From Mytilus edulis (taxonomy: Eukaryota): DNA of 64,000 bases. Of the stretch, positions 1-11,240 are shown in pieces; the stretch's first letter is position 1; each line of letters opens with the position of its first letter. The notes under the pieces were generated by a model that saw only the letters and a list, made by a program, of their open reading frames with translations, searched no databases and was not told where the DNA came from. Position numbers and translations under genes: made by a program. The stretch covers positions 19,654,001 through 19,718,000 of the forward strand of contig NC_092348.1 of NCBI RefSeq assembly GCF_963676685.1, written 5' to 3'.

Positions 1-703
1 CTTTTTGTCGTTTTTGAATTTCCAAAGTCTTAAATGTGTACATGTTAATTACGTACATTGGCATAAGGTGGTCGATCTTATTATGACCCGTTGTCGAGAA
101 AAACAGAAAATTTGACAAAGGAATAGAAAATAAAAACTGAACAATCGGCAATATATCGGCGAATCTTCATATTGCTCTTAATTCAATAAAAGTAGCAATG
201 TGACATTTAAATTTTTGAGAGGTCATTTAATTCAAAATATATTGTACTTAACATGTTGCAAATTTTAAGTGTCAGTTTGTTAAAAATTAAACAAATATTC
301 ATTAGATTGATAACGTAAGACTTCTAAATAGAGTGTGTTGCTATTGTGTCAATATTTATAAAAAGAAATATTATATTTAATATTTACAAATGTCATCGAT
401 AGATATAAGATGTAGTATGAGTGCCAATGAGACAACTCTCCATCCAAGTCACAATTTGTAAAAGTGAATCATTAATCAAATCTACATAAGTTGGAGTAGT
501 TTTCATTGTTGAATTAAAATTAAAGCAGATATACAAGTACTTTATCTCCCACATTTGAATGACATTTTCTAATTTAAATCATATGAAAGTAATAAAGAAA
601 AATGTCTCGTGTAACGAACATGGCGAATATAAACAAGGAAAACTCTAAGTAGTTACTGCTATGGATTCCAGCCGTACAGCAACAAGCAGTCACAAAAGTA
701 AAA

Positions 704-1330
704 TAAAAATATAATTATGAAAATTCAAAATGGAAAGTCCCAAATCAAACGGACAAATCAAAAGCTCTAACCCATCAAACGAATGGATAACAACTGTCAA
801 ATATAACTTACTTGATACAAACATTTTATTAAGCAGAACATGAGGGATTGCTAAAATTGAGAATGAAAAAAGTACAATCACAAAAATACTGAACTCCGAG
901 GAAAATTCAAAACGGGAAGTCCCTTATCAAATGGGAAATCAAGTGATAACACACATCAAACAGGGAAAATGGGGAATGTGTCAAAGAGTCAACAACCCGA
1001 TCAAAGAGCAGACAACAGCCGAAGGCCACCTAAGGATCTGCCACGCAGCGAAATAATCTCGCACCCGAAGGTGGTCCTCAGCTGGCCCTTAATAAAATTA
1101 TGTACTAGTTTAGTGAAAACGAACTCTCAAACATATATAAGAACTAAAATAAAAAAAAACATACAAGACTAACAAAGGCCAGACGCTCCTGACATATTTT
1201 GTGAGATAGCAACTCCCCCAAAACCTTTAGCCAGTGTAGAATAAAGAAACACAGAGTAAAACTCAGTTTAAAACCTGATGATATAGCTAGCTTAACCTCT
1301 CACTTGTATGACAGTTGCATAAAATTGCAC
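704..1330 (+). repeat. Cluster of interspersed-repeat fragments (AAATTCAAAACGGAAAGTCCC family and GGGGAATGTGTCAAAGAG family)
   Basis: The same motifs recur at ~27330-27530 and ~48850-49110 (first family) and, reverse-complemented, at ~54285-54350 (second family). Confidence 0.65.
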
Positions 1331-2565
1331 TTTATTGACAACAATGTGTATACAGAATAAACAGACATAATAGGTAAAATTGTCAACATTGGTTAATCAT
1401 TATAAAAACAAACAAATTTCTTTAACAAAAAAAAATCCCCCAAAAAGCATATACACAAAGCACATTAGCAAAAACGAAAGACAAGAATACAAAATTTACC
1501 ATAGCACAATATCACAATGACGGGTAGTACTGAGGCACGTCAACTAGTTATCAACAAATACAGACTAAACAGTAATAAATTAAAATTAACAAAGACAAAT
1601 AAAGGAACACTATAACACGTTATTAAGATGATAAACAAAGTAAGTACCTAGAATCTATACTTCAAGAATATCGTGTATTTTTTATGAATTTGATAGGATA
1701 TATTTATCAACATGGTCGAAGTATCTTCCGATGTACTTTTTTTTTTTTAGAAAAAGCACGAGACGTTCTGTGCCATCCCCTTGTCACTCAACTGTCTGCT
1801 CATGCACTGGTGACATTTACAAAGTCTGTGTAGCAGCTATTTTTCTTGACTACCGAATGAGTTGGAAAATGTATATCACATATGCAGGTGGAGTCGGTAT
1901 ATTGCTCCTAAGGTGAGGGAAATTGATTAATTTCAAAATCAAAATCGTCTCGTCTCAAAACGTCAAAATCGGAAGTAGAATTCAATCGATAATGTAGATT
2001 TGACCATTGTTCTGATACACTGCGAAAACATGTTGCTAGTGATAAGTTGAGACACCGATTTGTCATGATTCGTGACAGCGACTGTAATTGTTATATATGG
2101 TTTATTTCATTCATTCTACCTCGTAATTGTTTTTCTTTGGCAGTTTTTAAATAAGGATCTAATACAGCAGGTATAGCCAAGTCTCAGCCCAAGTAAGTAA
2201 GTTTGACAGGAGTGTAGAGATTAAACGGGATAACAGTAAATAAAATAAACAAGAATATAACGAAATTCAAAATTTAGAGACCCTAAGTACCCACACATTT
2301 CCTAGTAATGATGGATATATTAAGAAATCAGACACAATTGACATAGAGCATTTTGGTGGCTCTGAAGAGGACACAGAGTTTAAGGTCGTTATTGAAAGAG
2401 TTAGTGCAGTTACGATGAAGGCTCCATCGTCTATAGGAGGCCAGTCAGTAAAAGCTGTTATAGATACACGGGCAGAGGTAAACGTTGCTCAAATGAGCGA
2501 TGATGTTTTATTGAGGTGTGATATCATAAACGATTTGATAGCATCATCAATACAAGACAGGGTAT

Positions 2566-2716
2566 CAGTTGCAGATCCAGAATTTATCAGATCATAAGTG
2601 GAGGCCCACTGACTGCCTTAGAAAAGGGCCCGTTCCAGTCAGTGATTCCCTATATATTCAACCACATTTTCCCAGAAAAGGGGGACCGGGCCCCGGCCTC
2701 CCTTAATTACGCCTCT
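2566..2716. mobile_element. Short MITE-like insertion (CAGTTGCAGATCCAG ... TACGCCTCT ends) inside the gypsy relic
   Basis: GC-richer ~150-bp block with degenerate terminal inverted motifs interrupting pol. Confidence 0.45.
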
Positions 2717-3784
2717 TGGTATTGAGGATGGGGGTACATGGGTTGATTGTGAAGTTAAAGGTTTTTGAGGGGTAGGAAGAGAAATACTTTAGGGAACAAC
2801 TTGAGGTAGGCGTAATAACTTCTTCTAAGTCCAGTTGGGCTAGCCCAGTGGTGTTAGACTGGAAAAAGGACAAAACAGTACGCTGGTGCATATATTTTAG
2901 ACGAGTCAATGACGTAAGCGTCACAGATGCCTATCCGTTGCCCTGCAGTGATATGTGTTTTGACTGTTTTGCGTCGGCGTCAATATTTTCTGTCATGGAA
3001 CTACAAAGTGGTTATTGGCAAGTCGAAATAGAGGAGGCTGATTGAGAAAAACTGCATTTACAACTAAATATGGATTATTTGAATATGTTAAAATGCCCCT
3101 TTGGTTATGTAACGCCCTTTGTACTTTTCAACGATGCGTAGATTTGAAATTTAGAGGTCTATAATGGAAAAGCCATCTCATTTATATGGATGATATGATC
3201 ATCTACTCATCAGATATGGTATACCATATAAAAAAGCTAGATCAAGTTTCTGGTAGACTGTCAAACGCAGGGTTAAAATCAAAATAATCAAAGTGTGGTC
3301 TCTTAAAAAAGAGGTGTTATACCAAGGACATATTTCGCATCTACTTTCCTCAAGTATTGTATTTACAAGTTGTTTTGTTTCGCAATATGTTCATTGATTG
3401 GAATTCGTTGTTGTTCATAATTAGGATCTGATTTGCATATTACACTTTCATCGCTATCTTTATGAATATTCTTATTCAATGATCCACTCTAAGTACAGAT
3501 GAGCTTTTTGTCTCCCTTTAACTCAAATGTATGCATCACTGTATATGTTATCCAACTGGCTAAACTTTTCCCATTCAACTGAAACTGTCACGGTTCGATT
3601 GCAGTTTACTTAAAATACGTAAAATTGTATTTTACATCTTATCTCAAAATATATCTAATTTCAATGTGTGATATAATTGATCCTTACAGACAGTGGTTTA
3701 CTAACACAGATAAATGAAAATAATATTTTTTTAATTTCATGTGCCTGATGCGCGTATCTGGGTTGACATTCACCAGGCTCAAAC

Positions 3785-3983
3785 TCTTGGTATTGAGGAT
3801 GGGGTACATGGGTTGATTGTGAAGTTAAAGGTTTTTAATGGGTAGGAAGAGAAATACTTTAGGGAACAACTTGAGGCAGGCGTAATAACTTCTTCTAAGT
3901 CCAGTTGGGCTAGCCCAGTGGTGTTAGACTGGAAAAAGGACAAAACAGTACGCTGGTGCATAGATTTTAGACGAGTCAATGAC
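3785..3983 (+). repeat. ~200-bp duplication of gypsy RT segment 2714-2913
   Basis: Near-identical sequence; ORFs 2703-2924(-) and 3779-4018(-) share their translation. Confidence 0.9.
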
Positions 3984-4085
3984 ATATCCTTTGCGATCAG
4001 GGAATTACTGTAAATCATACCCGACCGTGATCTGCAAAAAATTGGAAAGCACCAAGTTCAGTTAAACAAGTCCAACAATTTTTAA

Positions 4086-4717
4086 TTCAGTTTAATCATG
4101 TATATCTGTTATATAGTCATTTTATAAAATGTACTGTTTGCAAAACTATGTATTATTCTTGATAATAATGATGTTTTATCCCAGGCGGGTAACCCTGGCC
4201 TCACAACTTTTTGGAACTTTTGGTTCTCGGCGATCTTCAACTTGGTAGTTGTTATGGCTTTCTAACTTTTTACATCTGAGTATAGTTTTGTGTGGATGTA
4301 GCGCACGTCTGCTGTATAAAAATATTTTTTTACATGTTACCTTTGGATGGCTATTATTCGTTTGTTTCTCTGTTCTATATTTTCCCATTTATCTGTTTAT
4401 TTTTTGTAACCCTAGGCCTGTCGTGTAATGCTGTCATTTTAATGTTATATTTAACACTGCCATTAAAGCGGGCGGTTCCAGGTTCAACCCACCATTTTTG
4501 TTTTCATAAAATGCCCTGTACCAAGTCATTGAAAATGGCCATTGTTACATTATAGTTCGTTTCTGTTTGTGTTACGTTTCGGTGTTGTGTCTCTGTTGTT
4601 TCGTAGTTCTCTTATATTTGATGTTTCCCTCAGTTTTAGTTTGTAACCCGGATTTGTTTTTTTTCTCTATCGTTATATGAGTTTTGAACAGCGGTATACT
4701 ACTGTTGCCTTTATTTA
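4086..4717 (+). repeat. 5' pseudo-LTR (degenerate hammerhead module plus a common repeat tail)
   Basis: Direct repeat of 8406-9056. 4170-4360 is homologous to the hammerhead repeat at 31270-31460. The tail is homologous to 50533-50915(-). Confidence 0.8.
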
Positions 4718-4791
4718 TCACCACCGAACCGGAAGCTCTGCTGGTGGACAATTTGTGCCCGAGGATTCTACCAGTCCTGTAGCCTAACAGC

Positions 4792-7700
4792 ATGAAAACA
4801 AGTAGAATGAAAAATATTATACTGGATGACACGCCGCCCAGGATAAAAAGGTGTCAATCGGATGTTGTCAAGGAGACAACAAAATCGATTTTATCAGGTG
4901 TCCCAGGATCATTTTAAATGATGTAATGAAAATGACACATGTGCAGTCTTCTGAATCCTCATTGTACTATAAAAATTCTGACAAGTTTGTTTATATTCGA
5001 CCCTGTACTGTTCAACTTTCAAATATTTTAGATTTCGATGACAACCACCAATATTGCTCTATTTCCAAATGTAACCGTAAAAATTGTAAAACTTGTGATA
5101 TACTAATATCTGATACCTACTTTCTAAGTAATTTAACCATCAAAAGTTGCAATACACACAGTCATGAGGATTTGAATTGCACTGCTTCCAATATTGTGTA
5201 CGGTATTGAATGTACTCTTTGTGGATTGATCTACGTCGGGGAGACTCGACAAAGACTCAATTTTAGAATTAATGGTCATCGATCTAATGTAAATGATCCT
5301 AGTAACAACAAATTTCCCTACACGCATTTCAATCAGCCTGACCATTCTATTGTTTCAATGAAAGTCCGGATTATAGAGAAAATATATCATTCAACAAATG
5401 ACCCCATATTGAGTACACCATATAGTTTACAAAGAGAAAACTTTTGGATAAGAGAGCTGGGAACAGCCATTCCCTATGGATGCAATGACAAGATTGATGG
5501 TGTAGGTATTTTGTCTAGTCCAAGGTGTAGTACTGTCAATACATTACAATTATTTAATATTTCTGCTGAACGTAATAGAAGTCATGGTCACAGAAAATAT
5601 ATACCACCCACTATGCACACCGTGACAATGGATAGTCTGATAACGTATGTTCAAAAACCTTTAGGAATCCATCATATCAGAACTAAATTATACTCAATTC
5701 CATTGTCAAAACTTTTTTTATTATTTCAAAAGGCCCAAAATACTTCTGTTACTGATTCTCGTCCTGTTTTGTATAAATTAGTTGCAATAATAATGGACAT
5801 TGCTAACCATAGACTATTCAAACCAGTATCGACTACATCCAAAAATGAGGAAAAACGTAATTTTTTTAAGGTAGAATTTGCCAATAAAGGTTTAGATGCT
5901 GTAAAGATTAGCAATATTTTGCATCAGATATCTGTACAAAAAACTATACCTGATTACTTCAAAAATAAAGCTACACCTGTTATATCTAATATTTACACCA
6001 AGTCTATTCCATCCAAGATTTTCAACCACGAGAGGGTTTTAGAGGCCTTTAACCTCAAAGATGTGAAATCCAAGCCTCCGGATTGCTCATTAGCATCGTC
6101 ACAATACAATTATAGTCCAGCTAGGCCTGAAGAGACATGTATTGTCGAAATGCGCATCTGGTGCAAGAAAATTGGTACCGTAAATGTTATAAGTACTGGT
6201 GACCTTGGCATCGTTACTAATGAACAACTAAGAGAGTTGTTAACCAAGAGACCAAAATATAGAATTCCCTAGCCTATCAACTGGAAAAAGAACTTCAAGT
6301 TACTGATGGATGCAGTTGAGGACTATGCGAGAAAATGGGTAAAGTGCGAACCAGACGAACCAGAACTGGACACTTTGTCTGAATGGATCAAAGCTATTCC
6401 ATCGTGCATTCAGAAGCGCATTCAAAAGTTACGATGTACTATGAGCACAAGAGTTACTAATCCTTTCAAGAATCCAGATGTTATGGATGCTTTATCCTCT
6501 TTGCATGACAAATATGTCGTTTTTCCAGCAGATAAAGCCTCTAATAATATTTATTCATATGTAAAAACCATTATTTGCAATGTCTCACAACAGAGCTTGG
6601 AATAAAGAGAACAACTGGTAATCCTACATATTCCTTAACATCATTTATCAAGGACGAGATTTTACAAAATCCCAAATCTGTCCTTCTTTCTTTTGGTATC
6701 AACATCAAGGAAAACGAAGAAAATGTACCATCATTATACTGGATACCAAAACTACACAAAACTCCAAATAAAGAACAATACATAGCTGGATCGTCAAAAT
6801 GTACGACTAAACATCTTTCTGAAATACTGACTACTATTCCCTCTACAGTTAAAGATGGGCTTCAAAAATATTGTGATGAGATATATTCTACCAGTGGTGT
6901 TAACCAGATGTGGATAATCAAAAATTCGAAAGATCTACTGCTTAATCTTCGATCACAATCTTTGCAATTTTGCAGCAACATAAAGACTTTACACTACTAT
7001 TCCCCATGCTCAGTTGAAAGATCGACTGCACCATCTTATTAAACAGAGCCTTTTCTGTAAAAATGGGAATCGTAGATACAAATGTTTTGTTTTGGGTTAC
7101 AATACTTTATATTTTGTGAAGAACCAAAAGGGATCTACCAGAAATATACTGAAGATGATATTATCAAAATGCTGGACTTTTTGATCGACAATATATTTGT
7201 TGAGTTTGGAGGATTCATATTTCAACAGACAATCGGTATTCAAATGGGTACTAATTGTGCACCCCTACTAAACGATTTGTTTTTGTACTCGTATGAAGCA
7301 GAATTCATTCAAACCCTTCTAAAAGACAAACTATAATCTCACTTTCTGATATATTGATGATGTCCTGCCACTGAATAACCCATATTTCAGCCAAAACTTG
7401 CATCTCATATATCCCAGCGAACTTAAAAAATAAAATATACTACTGATACTAGAAGGACTGCTTCATGCCTTGATCTTTTTCTCAATATTGACACAGATGG
7501 ACGACTTCACACGAATATCTATGATAAATGGGAAGATTTCAACTTCCCAATTATCAATTTCCCATTTCTCAGCAGTAACATACCCTCTGCCCCTTCGTAT
7601 ACATACCTCTATTAATACGTTATTCTCGTGCATGTTCACATTATACGGACTTCATATACAGGAGTGTGCTCCTAACGAAGAAACTGCTCCAACAAAGTTT

Positions 7701-7818
7701 TGAGGAGGACAGACTAAAAATGACACTACGTATATTTTACGGACACCATCACGAATTGGTTGATCCATACGATGTATCTTTGTCCAAACTAACTGTGGAC
7801 ATTTGTACCACGTGTTAG
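4792..7818 (+). pseudogene. PLE GIY-YIG endonuclease + reverse transcriptase, disabled
   Basis: CNRKNCKTC and NIVYGIECTLCGLIYVGET..RINGHR..YTHFNQPDH..RENFWIRELGTAIPYGCN (GIY-YIG with Cys/His zinc ligands). RT: PADKASNN, SLYWIPKLHK, LYTTIPH, GIQMGTNCAPLL..LFLYSYE, YIDD. TAG at 6270-6272, frameshift ~6550, deletion of FDFST ~6988, TGA before YIDD. Start is approximate. Confidence 0.9.
6127..6164 (+). ncRNA. Type I minimal hammerhead core (5' stem-I strand missing) inserted in the PLE ORF
   Basis: CTGAAGA-GACA tgtat TGTC-GAAA-T GCGC A-TC^TGGTGC. Confidence 0.75.
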
Positions 7819-8405
7819 ATGGTGGTTTATCATTACGTCGTCTGATCTTTTTATCACCGAACGTGACTTATTCCCGACTGTGACTGTTTTGCTGAGTGTG
7901 AATTCGTATTGCTTTAAGACGTGGCGCGGTACTTATCCATCCCAAATTAATTTTGTTGGGTTTTGATGTTGTATTTGTTGTTGTCATCGGATTTTTTTCA
8001 AATGTTTTAACGTTTGTAGTTGTCAATCGTATTATTGTGTTGTATTGGGGATAACTACTCATCCAGTTCATTTGGTAGATTTAATTTTGGATCAACGAAA
8101 TTTACACTATGTATTTGGTTTGCAGTTTGATCAGAAGAAACAACCACAAAGCTAGATAATACCATTAATTATCCAATTACTGCTTCAATTAAATATTAAT
8201 CAGTATTATAATTTTCACTGTTATTAATATATTAAGTTAGATCAGTCATACAAATCTAATCTTGAATTTCATTCATATTCTCTTAATTTTCGGAACACAT
8301 TTTAGAAATTTAAATATGACGTCACTTTGGGAGTTGCATTGCATATGGCTAACAGGACTGTGGTTTTGTCATGTATTCGTTTTTTATTCTATAGCTGGTC
8401 ACCAC

Positions 8406-9056
8406 TTCAGTTTAATCATGTATATCTATTATATAGTCATTTTATAAAATGTACTGTTTGCAAAACTATGTATTATTCTTGATAACAATGATGTTTTTAT
8501 CCCAGGCGGATAACCCTGGCCTCACAACTTTTTGGAACTTTTGGTTCTCGGCGATCTTAAACTTGGTAGTTGTTATGGCTTTCTAACTTTTTACATCTGA
8601 GTATAGTTTTGTGTGGACGTAGCGCACGTCTGTTGTATAAAAATATTTTTTAACATGTTACCTTTGGATGGCTGTTATTCGTTTGTTTCTCTGTTGTATA
8701 TTTTCTCCCATTTATCTGGGTTTTTTTTCCCATTTATTTTTTGTAACCCTGTCGTGTAATGCTGTCATTTTAATGTTATAGTTAACACTGCCATTAAAGC
8801 GGGAGGTTTGGCATGCCACAAAACCAGGTTCAACCCACCATTTTTTTTTCATAAAATGCCCTGTCAGGAAAATGGTCATTGTTACATTATCAGTTCGTTT
8901 CTGTGTGTGGTACGTTTCGGTGTTGTGTCTCTGTTGTGTCGTAGTTCTCTTATATTTGATATGTTTCCCTCAGTTTTAGTTTGTAACCCGGAATTGTTTT
9001 TTTCTCTATCGATTTATGAATTTTGAACAGCGGTATACTGCTGTTGCCTTTATTTA
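8406..9056 (+). repeat. 3' pseudo-LTR
   Basis: Direct repeat of 4086-4717; both end ...CTGTTGCCTTTATTTA. Confidence 0.8.
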
Positions 9057-11196
9057 AGTCTCTGTAATTACTACAGACAACTTGTATATAAATTTAGTGA
9101 GATAGCAGCCCCACTCAGCAAGCTCACCAGGAAAGAATTAAAGTTTAAATGGGACTCAGACTGTCAGTCTTCTTTTACTACACTGAGGTCAGCATTATGT
9201 ACTGCGCCAATACTGGCTTACCCCCACGACACGAGTACTTATATACTGGACACATGCTTTCAATGTCGGTTTTGGGGTTGTCCTTTTGCAAATTCTGAAT
9301 GGTGTAGAAAAGGTAAGTGCATACGGGTCCAAGAAACTAGATCAACACCAACAAAGATACTATGTGACACTTTAAGAGTTTTTAGCTGTTTTCACCTTTA
9401 TTAATCAGTACAGGCATTATCTATTTGGAGCTAGATTTGTCCTAAGAACGGACCATGGCTCCTTGCAATGGATATTCAATTTCAAGGATCCACAAGGTCA
9501 AGTAGCTCGTTGGCTAGAGGTTTTATCCCGATAGAATTTTGAAATCAAACAAAGGGCAGGAAAAAACACCAGAACGCAGATACTGTTTCTCGGAAAAAAC
9601 GTTGAAGGTACAACTGACGCAACTTGTCAAACAATACCTAGAAACAGAGTATGACTGGGATAATTTTAGGATAGATGTAGACGATATAGCTACCTTAGTA
9701 AAAGTGGTAGTTACGCATGGGCATTTTGACTCAATACGTACAGTGACAAAGAGTCAGACCAAAAATACTCCCTCCTCAAAGGTTAATGTGACAAGTTTGT
9801 TCACTGGGTACATCTCTAAAGAAATTGAAGCTCTACAAAGAAAGAATACATATTAGGTAGGCTTCATAAATGGAAAGACACAGGTACCTTCCCTACTCGG
9901 GATCAAGTTGTACAATATAGCCCTGTTATACGTAAATACTGGTTAAACTTCATTAATATAGTACCTGTAGAAGGGCTACTTTATCTAAAAAAAAAAAGAG
10001 TACATTCTACAGGAGCCTCCAGTCTCTAAATTTTGGAACCTAAATTCCTAAGACAAGAAATTATAACAATTTGATCATTTTTTTTGGAGCTCACATGGGG
10101 GTGAGTAAAACTATTGAAAAGCTGACATCCCACCGTTGCCACCATTGTCGTAATTTCTGCTTCTTGCTATGTTTTGGGGAAATAACTCTTTTTTCGAATA
10201 CAAAAACATTGTATCTACATCATTGCCATTTTAAGTATGAATATCGCATATTTTTGTTGGTTCTCCAAAAACAAAAATTGATCGTCAGTTATACTGAAAT
10301 GTGATATTGTATGTACGCTGAATATCAGATCCTTTACATTTATGTTTTCTACATAAAGTCCGAAATTTTGTTTTATTGATACATTATAATTAATTATGTA
10401 ATAGACCTAGATCATGACAAGATTGCATTCTGTTTTGTAAAATAATAACTGCAGGGCCTATCTGTAAGATTTAGCACAATTTAATATTACCTTATCAACC
10501 TTAGCTTGTAATTCTGCTTTTACATGTGCTGCTTTTTAAATCACTGACACTCCAGTTATTTCGTACCTTGCTGATAAATCAATAGATGATGGTTTAAACT
10601 GATGTCTATTTTACGACTTTTACCACAAACGTTATTAGCAAAATAATGAGCAGAACATAAAATTATAGTTAGTAAGTAATTTCTGTCAATTTTCTGACCA
10701 GATCCGGCGTCTGTCAAGGTTATCATAACCACGTATCTTATCATAGGTAGGTTCCTCTACGAGCTTCATTTCAATTATGCATTGAGAGCCTTTCTTCATA
10801 TCATCCTGTCCATCTTCTTGTAAGACATATTATAGAAATTATATCTGATATAAGTTTTGATTAATCTAAGTGCATGGAAGGTGTTTAATCTCTTGTTGGC
10901 TATTTTATGTTCTACCAGTTATCATAAGTGGAAAAGCAATTACACGAAACAGAGGAACAAGACGCTTAAAAAAGTACATAAACGCGAACTAAGGTATTCA
11001 AAATTTAGAATAAAATGTCTATTATTTTTAAGAAATCGGAACTATATGAATTTCCTTATAGTAAAATTTATGACATTTTGTTTTTTGATAATTTTTGCTA
11101 AAATTCTTTCTTTTTGGTATAAAAATAATACAGACTTATATTTACGGATTTCCGTATAGTAAATAGTTATCAAAGGTACCAGGATTATAATTTAGT

Positions 11197-11240
11197 ACGC
11201 CAGACGCGCGTTTCATCTACATAAGACTCATCAGTGACGC
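11197..11240 (-). ncRNA. Type I minimal hammerhead ribozyme (family 1), core intact, within truncated repeat 11161-11335
   Basis: Minus strand: GCGTCA CTGATGA GTCT tatgt AGAT GAAA C GCGC G TC^TGGCGT. Stem I is GCGTCA/TGGCGT; stem III has a palindromic GCGC loop. Confidence 0.85.

Larger units (their letters stand above)
4086..9056 (+). mobile_element. Penelope-like retroelement, N-terminal GIY-YIG + RT (Naiad/Chlamys-type architecture), flanked by direct pseudo-LTRs
   Basis: Direct repeats 4086-4717 and 8406-9056 enclose an EN-RT pseudogene. The insert sits between gypsy codons ...QQFL and SLCNYYR..., with TTTAA at both junctions (4081-4085, 9053-9057). Confidence 0.85.
2415..10130 (+). mobile_element. 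Decayed Ty3/gypsy LTR-retrotransposon pol relic (PR, RT, RNase H, IN N-terminus), interrupted by later insertions
   Basis: Protease-like AVIDTRAEV (~2455). RT: WASPVVL..KKDKTVRWC, DAYPLP, LQSGYWQV, FTTKYGLFEY, IYMDDMIIY (2835-3210). WKAPSSVKQVQQFL ends ~4085 and continues as LCNYYR..KFSEIAAPLSKLTRK..LCTAPILAYP from ~9058. RNase H: FVLRTDHGSLQW..ARWLE. IN: DHFFGAHMGVSKTIEKL (~10073-10125). Many stops and frameshifts. Confidence 0.85.

Noticed and set aside
7347-7349. In-frame TGA in the PLE RT as selenocysteine (some Naiads encode Sec)
   Set aside because: It replaces the Arg of FRYIDD (CGA to TGA CpG decay), not a Cys. The ORF has other lesions and no SECIS was recognised.
10686-10822. Minus-strand peptide QEDGQDDMKKG...EPTYDKIRGYDNLDRRRIWSEN* resembling a receptor tail exon
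   Set aside because: In-frame stop immediately upstream, only a weak acceptor, and no other supporting exons.
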